From assembly GCA_048939015.1 (NCBI GenBank), contig JBHLPW010000005.1:9632-73631 (forward strand): 64,000 nucleotides of DNA. Direction: 5' to 3'. Position numbers and translations under genes: made by a program. How positions within the stretch are numbered: position 1 is the first letter of the stretch; every line of letters begins with the position of its first letter. A model generated the notes under the pieces. It did no database searches and was not told where the DNA came from. It was given only the letters and a program-made list of their open reading frames with translations. Source of the DNA: Promethearchaeota archaeon. GTDB lineage: Archaea > Asgardarchaeota > Lokiarchaeia > Sigyniarchaeales > SOKP01. This document shows, in pieces, positions 1-8,159 of the stretch.

Positions 1-1
1 C

Positions 2-283
2 AAAAGGGATATTCTTGGTGTTATCTCCATTTTTGGTTTGGAAAAGAATTTTCCTAATTCCTCTGGAGCGAAAGATGAAGATTTAAGAGCTTCATTTAAG
101 AAATTTGTAGAAGGTTCTAAAAACAATACCAAACTTAAAAAATACTTAAATGAAGAAGGTATTTTTGACAACGCAGTAAACTTAAAAAGAAAGAAAATTG
201 AAACTACTACAATTATTCATAATAAAACCAAGAAGTTAATGAATTTCCTTTTAGCTAAATACCTTAACCTTAAATTAGAATAA
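2..283 (+). CDS. C-terminal part of a 5'-truncated protein, possibly HEPN-like
   Basis: Frame is open from window start (KRDILGVISIFGLEK...). 'ISIFGLE' helix and 'KRKK...IIHN' loosely resemble HEPN motifs. Confidence 0.45.
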   Translation, partial: KRDILGVISIFGLEKNFPNSSGAKDEDLRASFKKFVEGSKNNTKLKKYLNEEGIFDNAVNLKRKKIETTTIIHNKTKKLMNFLLAKYLNLKLE

Positions 284-391
284 ATATTATTATACTCTCT
301 TTTTTTTCCTTTAATCTATTATAGATTTAATAATTAATAAATTCACATACTAATAAATCTTATATTATTAACTGCTATAATTAATAATAAT

Positions 392-1033
392 ATGTCAGAA
401 ATAGATTTTCATAAGTTAAAAATATCTGCTTATTGTCCTTATTGTAATCAACATACTTTAATAACTATTGTAGATAATAATTTAGAACTGTGTGGTAGGG
501 GACATACACAATGTGTTCATAAAATTAGAGGTACTAACCATCTTTGGTGGATAGGAGAATGTCATAATTGTAATAGGGTTGTTTTAGTATTGAATAATGG
601 AATTGAGATTTATCCAAGACCAAAACCAGAAGAAAGTGATAAAAGAATTCCTAATAACGTTAAAGAAGATTTCGATGAAGCAAAGATGTGTTTTAGTGTA
701 AATTGTTATCGTGCTAGTTCTGCAATGTCACGAAGAGCATTAGAAACATGTTGTATAGATAAAGGGGCTGATAAAAGTAAAAATTTACAGGGAATGATTG
801 AAGATTTATTTACTTTAGGTATAATTACAAAAGATATAAAAGATTGGGCAGATACTGTTCGATGGATTGGAAATGACGCAGTTCATGTAAGTGCTAATAA
901 AGTAGAAAGCGAAGATGCCGAAGACATACTAGATTTAGCTAAACAAATATTTCATATAGTTTATATAGCCCCTGCCATAGCTAAATCAAGACAAGCGAAA
1001 AGAAAGCAAAGTAAAACAGGAAAAACACCATAA
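392..1033 (+). CDS. DUF4145 (HEPN-like) domain protein with N-terminal Zn-ribbon
   Basis: CPYC...CHNC ribbon; 'EAKMCFSVNCYRASSAMSRRALE' and 'RWIGNDAVH' match the DUF4145 pattern. Confidence 0.8.
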   Translation: MSEIDFHKLKISAYCPYCNQHTLITIVDNNLELCGRGHTQCVHKIRGTNHLWWIGECHNCNRVVLVLNNGIEIYPRPKPEESDKRIPNNVKEDFDEAKMCFSVNCYRASSAMSRRALETCCIDKGADKSKNLQGMIEDLFTLGIITKDIKDWADTVRWIGNDAVHVSANKVESEDAEDILDLAKQIFHIVYIAPAIAKSRQAKRKQSKTGKTP

Positions 1034-1143
1034 ATACCTTACAATAGCCTATTGACCTTAATAATCAGTCATTAACTTATATCAACACACTAATGAAGTT
1101 TTGAGTAAAAATTAAATAAAAAAAAATTAAATATAAAAATAGT

Positions 1144-1824
1144 GGAGGAATAAAATTTAGGCGGTGCTTAATCGCGAAGCCATCTGTCTAAATTTATTCT
1201 TCCCAATTCTATATTTGTTTTAATTATTTTCTTAGTTTCTCGACACTCAATTATTACAATTTTATGTCGGGAAGAGTCCTGAAATGATATTTTAATATTA
1301 AACATTTCATTAGAAACGTATCTATTTGTTTAAAAAAGCTTTATTATTAATCCTTTAATCCGCCTTAAATATTGTGTAAACATTTATCATTTTTTTATCA
1401 TATTATTAAAAAATTTTATATGAAATTTCATCCTTTTTTATGTATTCCATACACCGCCTATTCAAAGCATATGAAGGAAGGTAAGCTTACATGATTTTCT
1501 TCATATGTATTCAAGGGATCTATATTAAAAGGATAATTACACATATGTCCAATATCCACACATAAGTTCAATAAAAATATGATATTTTTCAATGAATAAA
1601 GTATCATATATCAATTCTTTCATCATATTTCATTAATCTATGAATTTCTTATAATCAATATTAGATTTTCTTATCCACAAACATCCTGTCAGAAAAATAT
1701 AGTGAACTAGATGAAGATTATATATAGAAACTTCTTTATGATCTTATGATTTGTTGGTTGAAGAAACCCTTGAAGATTTCCAACCCCAATTCTTATTTCT
1801 CGCTTCTAATATATAAAGTAAGAA
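1144..1824 (+). ncRNA. Putative structured non-coding RNA (or ssDNA origin) region
   Basis: At least 6 hairpins (1144-1203, 1236-1274, 1280-1309, 1467-1508, 1577-1609, 1790-1824). Their non-Watson-Crick pairs read as G-U on the + strand. No ORF >=60 aa. Confidence 0.45.
1168..1305 (-). CDS. Possible 45-aa small protein (MFNIKISFQDSSRHKIVIIECRETKKIIKTNIELGRINLDRWLRD)
   Basis: Manually translated ORF followed by T-rich tracts; antisense to the hairpin region. Confidence 0.25.
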   Translation of the reverse strand: MFNIKISFQDSSRHKIVIIECRETKKIIKTNIELGRINLDRWLRD

Positions 1825-1839
1825 TAGAAAATGTGATCT

Positions 1840-2847
1840 CTAATTACTTTCCTTAGTGAGAACTGTTATTCTATTAGGTTTACACACTATTTTATCTCCA
1901 TCTTCAAATGGATTTATCTCTTTAATAAGAATTTTACTACTCCAAGTCGGATTTAAGAAAACAAAGAAATATGTAGATTTCTTCTTAATAGCTTTTTCAA
2001 ATTCTGGTTTAAAATCAACAGATTGATAAAATGTTAATGTTTTCTCTCTTGAAAATCGTAATTTTAAAGAATATATCTTACCATTCCATATTATATCTGG
2101 AGTGTGTTCATTATGAGCGACAATTTCATGTAAGAATTCTTTTGGAGCACCTAAATGTAAAGCATACCAATCTTCAAACATTTCACCTAATTTATATTTA
2201 TTATGTTTATGTTCTCTCATAAGTTTAGCATTTTTGTCAATAAAGGAAAAAGGAATATCGATATTTTCGTCATCAATTTGTTGATATGTTTTGCCTTTTA
2301 TTAAACTTTCAGCGATTCTTGAAAGCCTGTTATCTTTTATTGTCTTTCTCACATACTCAGGAAAAGTCAATTGCTTTGATTTATCATATTCATAATCTTT
2401 TTGGAGATCTTCTATAAAATACCCTAACAAACCTAATTGCCGATAAATATGATAACCTTGATTTAAAGCTTTATTTAAATGGTCCATAAATTTCCTTAGA
2501 AATTGATAAGAGATATCATTAGGGGATTCTATGGTTCTTTTTTTTAAATATTTCTTTATCTCATTTTTATCAATAAATTTATTGTAATAATCAATTATCT
2601 CTTTTTGTAATTCTATTTCATCTTTATTAAAAACATCGGCTATTAAAAAATCTGTATGACCTCGTTCATACCAATAATCATTTTTTACTTCTAACTTTGT
2701 ATGCTTATCCAATCCTTTATTGATTTCTTTATCTCTTTCCATACCATCTAAGACTCGTTCTTCAATTTCTTCTTCTGGAAATCCAATAATATTTCTTAAA
2801 AACACCTCATACCATTCCTTTGGTTTAAGATTTGTTGGTTTTGACAT
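1840..2847 (-). CDS. Hypothetical protein with C-terminal PD-(D/E)xK-like nuclease domain
   Basis: 'GEMFEDWY...PDIIWNGKIYSLK' fits the E..PD..(D/E/S)xK restriction-endonuclease fold pattern; helical N-terminus. Confidence 0.6.
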   Translation of the reverse strand: MSKPTNLKPKEWYEVFLRNIIGFPEEEIEERVLDGMERDKEINKGLDKHTKLEVKNDYWYERGHTDFLIADVFNKDEIELQKEIIDYYNKFIDKNEIKKYLKKRTIESPNDISYQFLRKFMDHLNKALNQGYHIYRQLGLLGYFIEDLQKDYEYDKSKQLTFPEYVRKTIKDNRLSRIAESLIKGKTYQQIDDENIDIPFSFIDKNAKLMREHKHNKYKLGEMFEDWYALHLGAPKEFLHEIVAHNEHTPDIIWNGKIYSLKLRFSREKTLTFYQSVDFKPEFEKAIKKKSTYFFVFLNPTWSSKILIKEINPFEDGDKIVCKPNRITVLTKESN

Positions 2848-2862
2848 GACTCTTCTTAGCCA

Positions 2863-3582
2863 TCATAATTTTGATTGTACATACATTTTTGTTATAATGA
2901 ATATAAAAAATTTGATAATTACATATGTGAATATCAAAGATAAGAATTCAGAATTACCAAATAGCTTATATTGTAAGATGTAAACCATTCCTGTAGTAAA
3001 TATGATTGAAGCGATTAATGTAGCTAATAAATATCTAATTCCATACCTATTTAATCCTGTTGAGTTTAATTCAAAAAAGGTTTTTGGTACAGTTCTGCGA
3101 TATAATAATTGTAATATAAAATGTGCTACTATTCTTCCTATGAAATTAGTGATAATTGACCAAATAAATATAGCTAAAATAGTTAATATGAAATCTATTG
3201 AAAACAAAAATCCTATTGAATCACCTCTAAACCTGAAAAAATCTAAGTAAATAGCAATCATGATGAATAGAAATGAACCTAGAATGGAATGTAAAATATA
3301 ATAGATTATTTGGTCTCCTTCTGATCTGCCTTGTACTTTTTGATATTTTTCTTTACTCTTTACTTTTGGTTTCTTTTTTCTCTTCCTTTTAACTCTTTTA
3401 GATTTCAAATCTTTAATAGTAGTAGTTTTAACATTATGATTAGAATTAATATTTCTTCTTTTTCTCCGTTTGATTTCTATTTTATCCCATTTCTCATATG
3501 TACTCTTTATAAGAGCTCCCATAGAATTGTTTTTATCTCCTCCGATACTAGTAAAAACACTATTTTTATTTTTTCTTGTCAT
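2863..3582 (-). CDS. Membrane protein, ~4 TM helices, highly basic N-terminal region
   Basis: K/R-rich first ~90 aa (KRRKRR, KRVKRKRKKKPK) followed by four hydrophobic segments. Confidence 0.75.
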   Translation of the reverse strand: MTRKNKNSVFTSIGGDKNNSMGALIKSTYEKWDKIEIKRRKRRNINSNHNVKTTTIKDLKSKRVKRKRKKKPKVKSKEKYQKVQGRSEGDQIIYYILHSILGSFLFIMIAIYLDFFRFRGDSIGFLFSIDFILTILAIFIWSIITNFIGRIVAHFILQLLYRRTVPKTFFELNSTGLNRYGIRYLLATLIASIIFTTGMVYILQYKLFGNSEFLSLIFTYVIIKFFIFIITKMYVQSKL

Positions 3583-3742
3583 TCTTTTGCAATTCTTTCA
3601 ATTTTTCTGGATATAAAATAAAGAAGTTAATCATAGTTCTGAATATTATAGATTTGGAAGATACTCTATTATCAAACCTAATGTTTTCTATAAAGTCTAA
3701 TTGTTCTTTGGTTAAAACAACAGAAGTAGTTTCAATTATCAT
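3566..3742 (-). CDS. Small ribbon-helix-helix DNA-binding protein (58 aa, missed by ORF track)
   Basis: MIIETTSVVLTKEQLDFIENIRFDNRVSSKSIIFRTMINFF... gives a beta strand + 2 helices with the S-K-S..IR pattern; overlaps the next gene's start. Confidence 0.7.
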   Translation of the reverse strand: MIIETTSVVLTKEQLDFIENIRFDNRVSSKSIIFRTMINFFILYPEKLKELQKNDKKK

Positions 3743-4259
3743 TAAAATAATGAACCAATAATTCTTTATTTTAAATGATCTTAACTATATATTTAAAAAT
3801 ATTTAATCTAATTCATGATATTCATAATATTCATTAAATAGGTCATAGATAATTAAAAGAAATACTTAGAAACATTTAGATTTTTGTATTGGAAAAAAAT
3901 TTTAATTTAACTTAAATTTCTTATCACTTAAAAAACATGATCTTATTTCTCCATTTAGATATTCAAATAAGATTATTACACATTTCTCAAATGGTAAATT
4001 TAGAGTCTGATTTCAATAAAATTTTAGTGAAAAAAGTCAGATTTATTGGTGTATATCCTACTCAAGCAATAGAATCAAATAATATTGCTAATTCAAAGTC
4101 AACTCTCAAATTTATTAGGAAAAAATTATTTATAATTTTTAGAAATTCAATTTACTCCAAAAAATTAATATGCTTAAGAATAACATTTAGTTATCAGAAG
4201 AGATTCTAACTAATACTTCTAATATCAAATATGAACAGGAATTAAATAAAGAAGCTGAG

Positions 4260-6188
4260 GTGCTTGAGATGAGATTGGAATTAGAAAAAATTCAAATTGA
4301 AAACTTCTACAGTTATAAAAATGTTATTTATGAAAATTTTAAGAATTATAATGTAATCATTGGGAAGAATAAATCAGGTAAATCTAATCTATTTAAACTT
4401 TTTAATCTCCTTAAGAAGAATGTTAATGCTAATGATATTAAAATAAACGATATATTTGACGAAGACATTGAATTGGACAATAAAATTACCCTAGTTTTTA
4501 GTATTAATCAAAAATTAAGAGTTAAAATTTTTTCCATTCTCTATGATGGAAACTATTTAAGCAAAATGGTTAAATATTATATAAGAAATCCTGATAAACA
4601 TAAGGATTATCAACCATATCCTGAGTGGAAGATTAAAAATGAGGTTATGGATTGGTTGTTGGGCAAAGGTCTTTTTAATAATTTATTAATAGATATTGAA
4701 TATGATAAAAAACAAAATTTTCTCAGTATAAGAAAAGTTTCAGTTTATCATAGTCTTTTTAAAACTTATCAGACTCTCTTTGAACTTCAATATAATGAGA
4801 ATAGAGAGGAAGCGTTTATTCTTAATTTAGAGGAGTTTGTTAGTACTTTCATAAGTATTGAAGGTCTTTTCAAATTGAATGAATTGAAAAAATTACCTTA
4901 TAATACAACATTTAACTTGAGAAGAACTATATACTTAGGTAGGGATAATGACCTTTTAAAACAACATATACCGATTTTAAAACCAATACTTAACTCACTT
5001 TTAGATAACTTTTTCAATGTTATTCATGTGATTCCTGCTAAGAGATTATTTGATTCTGATTCTGATAGAGATAAAATAAGTGATACAACTTTGGATTTAA
5101 ATGGTAAGAATTTAGTAAAATTTATTCATAAAAAGGCAGCTAAACAACAGTGGGAATGGTTAAATGATTGGAACTTGGATTTAAAACATTTTTTGGATGA
5201 TGTTGAGGAATTAAAGCAAGATGTAAAGGAGAATAATAGATCCACATTGATTTTAAAAGAATATGGTTTAAATATGGATATTCCCTTAGAAAGTATGGGA
5301 TCTGGTATTTTAAACATAGCACATTTCTTGGCATACATAAAAACTTTAGAAAACCCAAGTATTATCTGTATTGAAGAGCCTGAAATCCATCTTCATCCCG
5401 GTTTGGAAAGAGAACTAAGAAATGAATTCATTAGACAATCAGAAAAGCATCAGATCTTTATTACCACACATTCAAGAGAGTTCTTAGACGATAATGAAGA
5501 AAAATGTTCAATTTACTTGATTAGTAAAAGAGAAGATTGTTCAAATGTTAAAAAAATATCCAATAAAGATTATGAGGAGATTTACAGAGATTTAGAATTA
5601 ACCCTATCTCAATATGAAGAATCTAATAAAATACTTACGGATGACGAATTTTGGAAGAATTTCATTACTAAAGCAATCGAGAAAGAAAAATATGAAACCG
5701 AAATTTGGGATTTTAAAGAATTTCTTGAGATATGGAAAACAAATAACCCTCAAGTAAAGAGAAAAAAGAAAATTGACTTTTGTGGTCATATTGCATCGTT
5801 TGCAAATAATAAGGGTGGAATTCTTATACTTGGAATCTCTGATAAAATTCCTCGAGAACTTAAAGGTTTAAATGACATTGAGACAAAAATGAACCATTTG
5901 AAAGAATTAATAATTAAATTCATTGAGTATCCTAAAGATTTTACATTTATCAAATCAATTTCATTGAATGACCTTAATGGAAATGAAATAGATTGTATAT
6001 TAATTGTTATTGCTCAAACCAAAGAAGGAGTAGCAGTTAGAGATGATAATAACAATTATTCTTATTTTTTCAGGATATCTTCTGGAAAGCAGAAAAGATC
6101 ACCACAAGAAATTAAGGAATTGAAAAAAGAAACGGTCCGAGATAATTATAAGTTTCTTAATCATCTAAGAGAAGAATTCCAAATCTAA
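4260..6188 (+). CDS. ABC-type (AAA_15/AAA_21, OLD-like) ATPase fused to C-terminal Schlafen/AlbA_2 domain
   Basis: Walker A GKNKSGKS, signature ESMGSG, Walker B IEEPEIHLHP, H-loop TTHS; C-terminal 'ETEIWDFKE' and 'IASFANNKGGILILGISD'. Confidence 0.85.
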   Translation: MLEMRLELEKIQIENFYSYKNVIYENFKNYNVIIGKNKSGKSNLFKLFNLLKKNVNANDIKINDIFDEDIELDNKITLVFSINQKLRVKIFSILYDGNYLSKMVKYYIRNPDKHKDYQPYPEWKIKNEVMDWLLGKGLFNNLLIDIEYDKKQNFLSIRKVSVYHSLFKTYQTLFELQYNENREEAFILNLEEFVSTFISIEGLFKLNELKKLPYNTTFNLRRTIYLGRDNDLLKQHIPILKPILNSLLDNFFNVIHVIPAKRLFDSDSDRDKISDTTLDLNGKNLVKFIHKKAAKQQWEWLNDWNLDLKHFLDDVEELKQDVKENNRSTLILKEYGLNMDIPLESMGSGILNIAHFLAYIKTLENPSIICIEEPEIHLHPGLERELRNEFIRQSEKHQIFITTHSREFLDDNEEKCSIYLISKREDCSNVKKISNKDYEEIYRDLELTLSQYEESNKILTDDEFWKNFITKAIEKEKYETEIWDFKEFLEIWKTNNPQVKRKKKIDFCGHIASFANNKGGILILGISDKIPRELKGLNDIETKMNHLKELIIKFIEYPKDFTFIKSISLNDLNGNEIDCILIVIAQTKEGVAVRDDNNNYSYFFRISSGKQKRSPQEIKELKKETVRDNYKFLNHLREEFQI

Positions 6189-6450
6189 ATAATCTAATAA
6201 ATAATTCCCTTTTCTCATCATTTTTTCCCTCCTCTGTGGCGCTCCCTCCTAAAAAGCTGAAGATGGAAATATCTTGAGCTATCAAGTTAGAATTTCATTT
6301 AATATTTTCATATTTAGTTTTAACTTTTTATTCAATATTCGGTTTTATTTCAAATCATATACTAAAAACCTATAAAAACAATCTTAGAATAGTAAGACAT
6401 TTAAAATATGAACATAACCATATGTTTATTTCTTACAAAAAAAAAATTAA

Positions 6451-6762
6451 TTATATCCATCCTGCTTCTTTCATTTTCTTTTGTAATTCTTTATTCTGTT
6501 CTAATCCTAATTGTAAAGCAGATTCTCCAAATATCCATTCTCTATTAGGATCATCAAAATCATTATAGTAATAACAGTATCTTATTTCCAATTTACCCTT
6601 CATTAAAATCTTTTGTGCTAAATACTTGTAAACCTTGTTCTTTCTTTCCTCATACTCTATTTCAACTTCGTCTAAGATCTCTCCTTTAACAACCGTTCCA
6701 TCAGGATATTTATACTCAGGTTTTCTCTTATTAAATGGTCTTATTTCTCTATAAAGTTTTAT
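6451..6762 (-). CDS. Hypothetical 103-aa protein with probable ATA start (missed by ORF track)
   Basis: Open frame (M)KLYREIRPFNKRKPEYKYPDG...EIRYCYYYND...WIFGESA...EAGWI*; SD AGGTGA at 6772-6777; directly downstream of the integrase. Confidence 0.65.
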   Translation of the reverse strand: MKLYREIRPFNKRKPEYKYPDGTVVKGEILDEVEIEYEERKNKVYKYLAQKILMKGKLEIRYCYYYNDFDDPNREWIFGESALQLGLEQNKELQKKMKEAGWI

Positions 6763-6782
6763 TTTTCTTTCTCACCTTTTCA

Positions 6783-8057
6783 TTATTCTATTGGATAATA
6801 GTCCGTTTCAGATATTTCAATATTTTTTTCTGGAATTTCTTTAATCATCATTCGTTTAGCAAGTGAAAATAATTGTGGTGATATCTCTACTAATTTTTCT
6901 ATTCTTTGTCTTAATTCTTTTACTTCATCTTTCAGTTCTTTGTTTTCTTTTTTAATAGCTTCTATTTCATATGGTTGAGTTATTAATTTGACAGCAATTT
7001 CCTTTTCATCTCCTTCCTTAATAATATTATTACATTTCCAGCAAAAAAAATTTTCTTGAGCATTTTCAGTTCTACAGATGGGACAGATTTTAGGTTTTTT
7101 TGGCTCTTGTTTTGGAACTTCCACAGCCTCATCAGTTAAGATATTAATCACATCATCATCATTTAAGTGAAAATAGACTTTTGCCATTGTAGAACCAGCA
7201 GACCAACCAGCAAATTGACGAATTTGAGCCTCATTTAATTTCGTTCGTGCTAATTCGGTTAATCTGGAATGTCTAAATAGATGTGGATAAAGCTTTCTTC
7301 CATTCCACTGTTCAGGAAATTTGTTTGTTAATTTTTTAATGATAAATCTTAAATAATTATTTACAATCACATTTGAAGAAAAGTTAAAAAGTAAATCTTT
7401 TGACTGAAAATCGTTGATTTCAAGATATTCTTTTATATATGGAATAGATTCGATTAAAGGTACATCTCTTCGTCTTGTTTTTGATTTTACTATTTTTAAA
7501 GTAGCGTATCCACCATTAAAACGAATGTCTTTTCTTGTAATATTAAGAACCTCGTCTATTCTTAAAGCTCCTTCATACATTACCATGATTAATGTTCTAT
7601 ATTGAAGATTACATACTTTTAAGATTTGGTCCAAATCTTCTCTTGAAATTAAGTCAATTTTACTTAGTTGCTTTGTTTTTCTATTTATTCTTTTAGGAAG
7701 TAATTTTTTTAAGTCTGTTCTATCAGAAAATTTGAAATATTGCTTAAGTCGATTCGCATGCATTTTTTGGGTACCACTCTTAAGACCATTCCACCATTTG
7801 CAGTTAAGAAAGTCTTTAAGATCCTGTTCAGTAAATAGATTTATATTGTTATTTTCTAATGTAAAATCTTTTTCTTTATTTCGACAGCTTTCATTTCTCT
7901 GATTATCAGTTTCAAATAATTTGCCAATAGTTACTAAATGATTTAAAATTGTACCATCTGATTTACCTTTTAATTGGTTATAATAATATTCTTCAATATT
8001 ATTGTCCTCAGATTTTAACCGTTCCAAATACTTATTAATTAAGTTATTTAAATCCAT
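6783..8057 (-). CDS. Tyrosine recombinase/integrase with C-terminal Zn-ribbon and coiled coil (SNJ2-like architecture)
   Basis: Catalytic R (GALRIDE), K (SKT), HLFRH, AGW, Y (KVYFH); CPIC...CWKC ribbon. Confidence 0.92.
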   Translation of the reverse strand: MDLNNLINKYLERLKSEDNNIEEYYYNQLKGKSDGTILNHLVTIGKLFETDNQRNESCRNKEKDFTLENNNINLFTEQDLKDFLNCKWWNGLKSGTQKMHANRLKQYFKFSDRTDLKKLLPKRINRKTKQLSKIDLISREDLDQILKVCNLQYRTLIMVMYEGALRIDEVLNITRKDIRFNGGYATLKIVKSKTRRRDVPLIESIPYIKEYLEINDFQSKDLLFNFSSNVIVNNYLRFIIKKLTNKFPEQWNGRKLYPHLFRHSRLTELARTKLNEAQIRQFAGWSAGSTMAKVYFHLNDDDVINILTDEAVEVPKQEPKKPKICPICRTENAQENFFCWKCNNIIKEGDEKEIAVKLITQPYEIEAIKKENKELKDEVKELRQRIEKLVEISPQLFSLAKRMMIKEIPEKNIEISETDYYPIE

Positions 8058-8159
8058 AATTAATAAAATAATAAAAAATTAAATATTTAAAATTAATTAT
8101 AATTATAATTGATTTCAAATAATTATTATAAAATTATAATCATTATTGGAATTTAAAAA

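Larger units (their letters stand above)
1..8100. mobile_element. Right-hand part of an integrated element / defence island (left end outside window)
   Basis: Tyrosine integrase at 6783-8057 abuts housekeeping pyrD. Cargo is HEPN/DUF4145, a PD-(D/E)xK nuclease, an RHH protein and an ATPase-Schlafen fusion, with no core genes. att site not identified. Confidence 0.7.

Noticed and set aside
3937-4209. 90-aa ORF upstream of the ATPase-Schlafen gene
   Set aside because: No recognisable motif or SD; probably spurious or a decayed remnant.
6762-6782. ATG-AAA-AGG-TGA in frame with the 103-aa ORF as possible selenocysteine readthrough
   Set aside because: The TGA is part of the SD motif AGGTGA, there is no redox motif context and no SECIS was recognised; ATA initiation is simpler.
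8085-8150. Xer/dif site at the integrase-pyrD junction
   Set aside because: AT-only palindromes are expected by chance here, and no clear 11-6-11 dif structure could be assigned.
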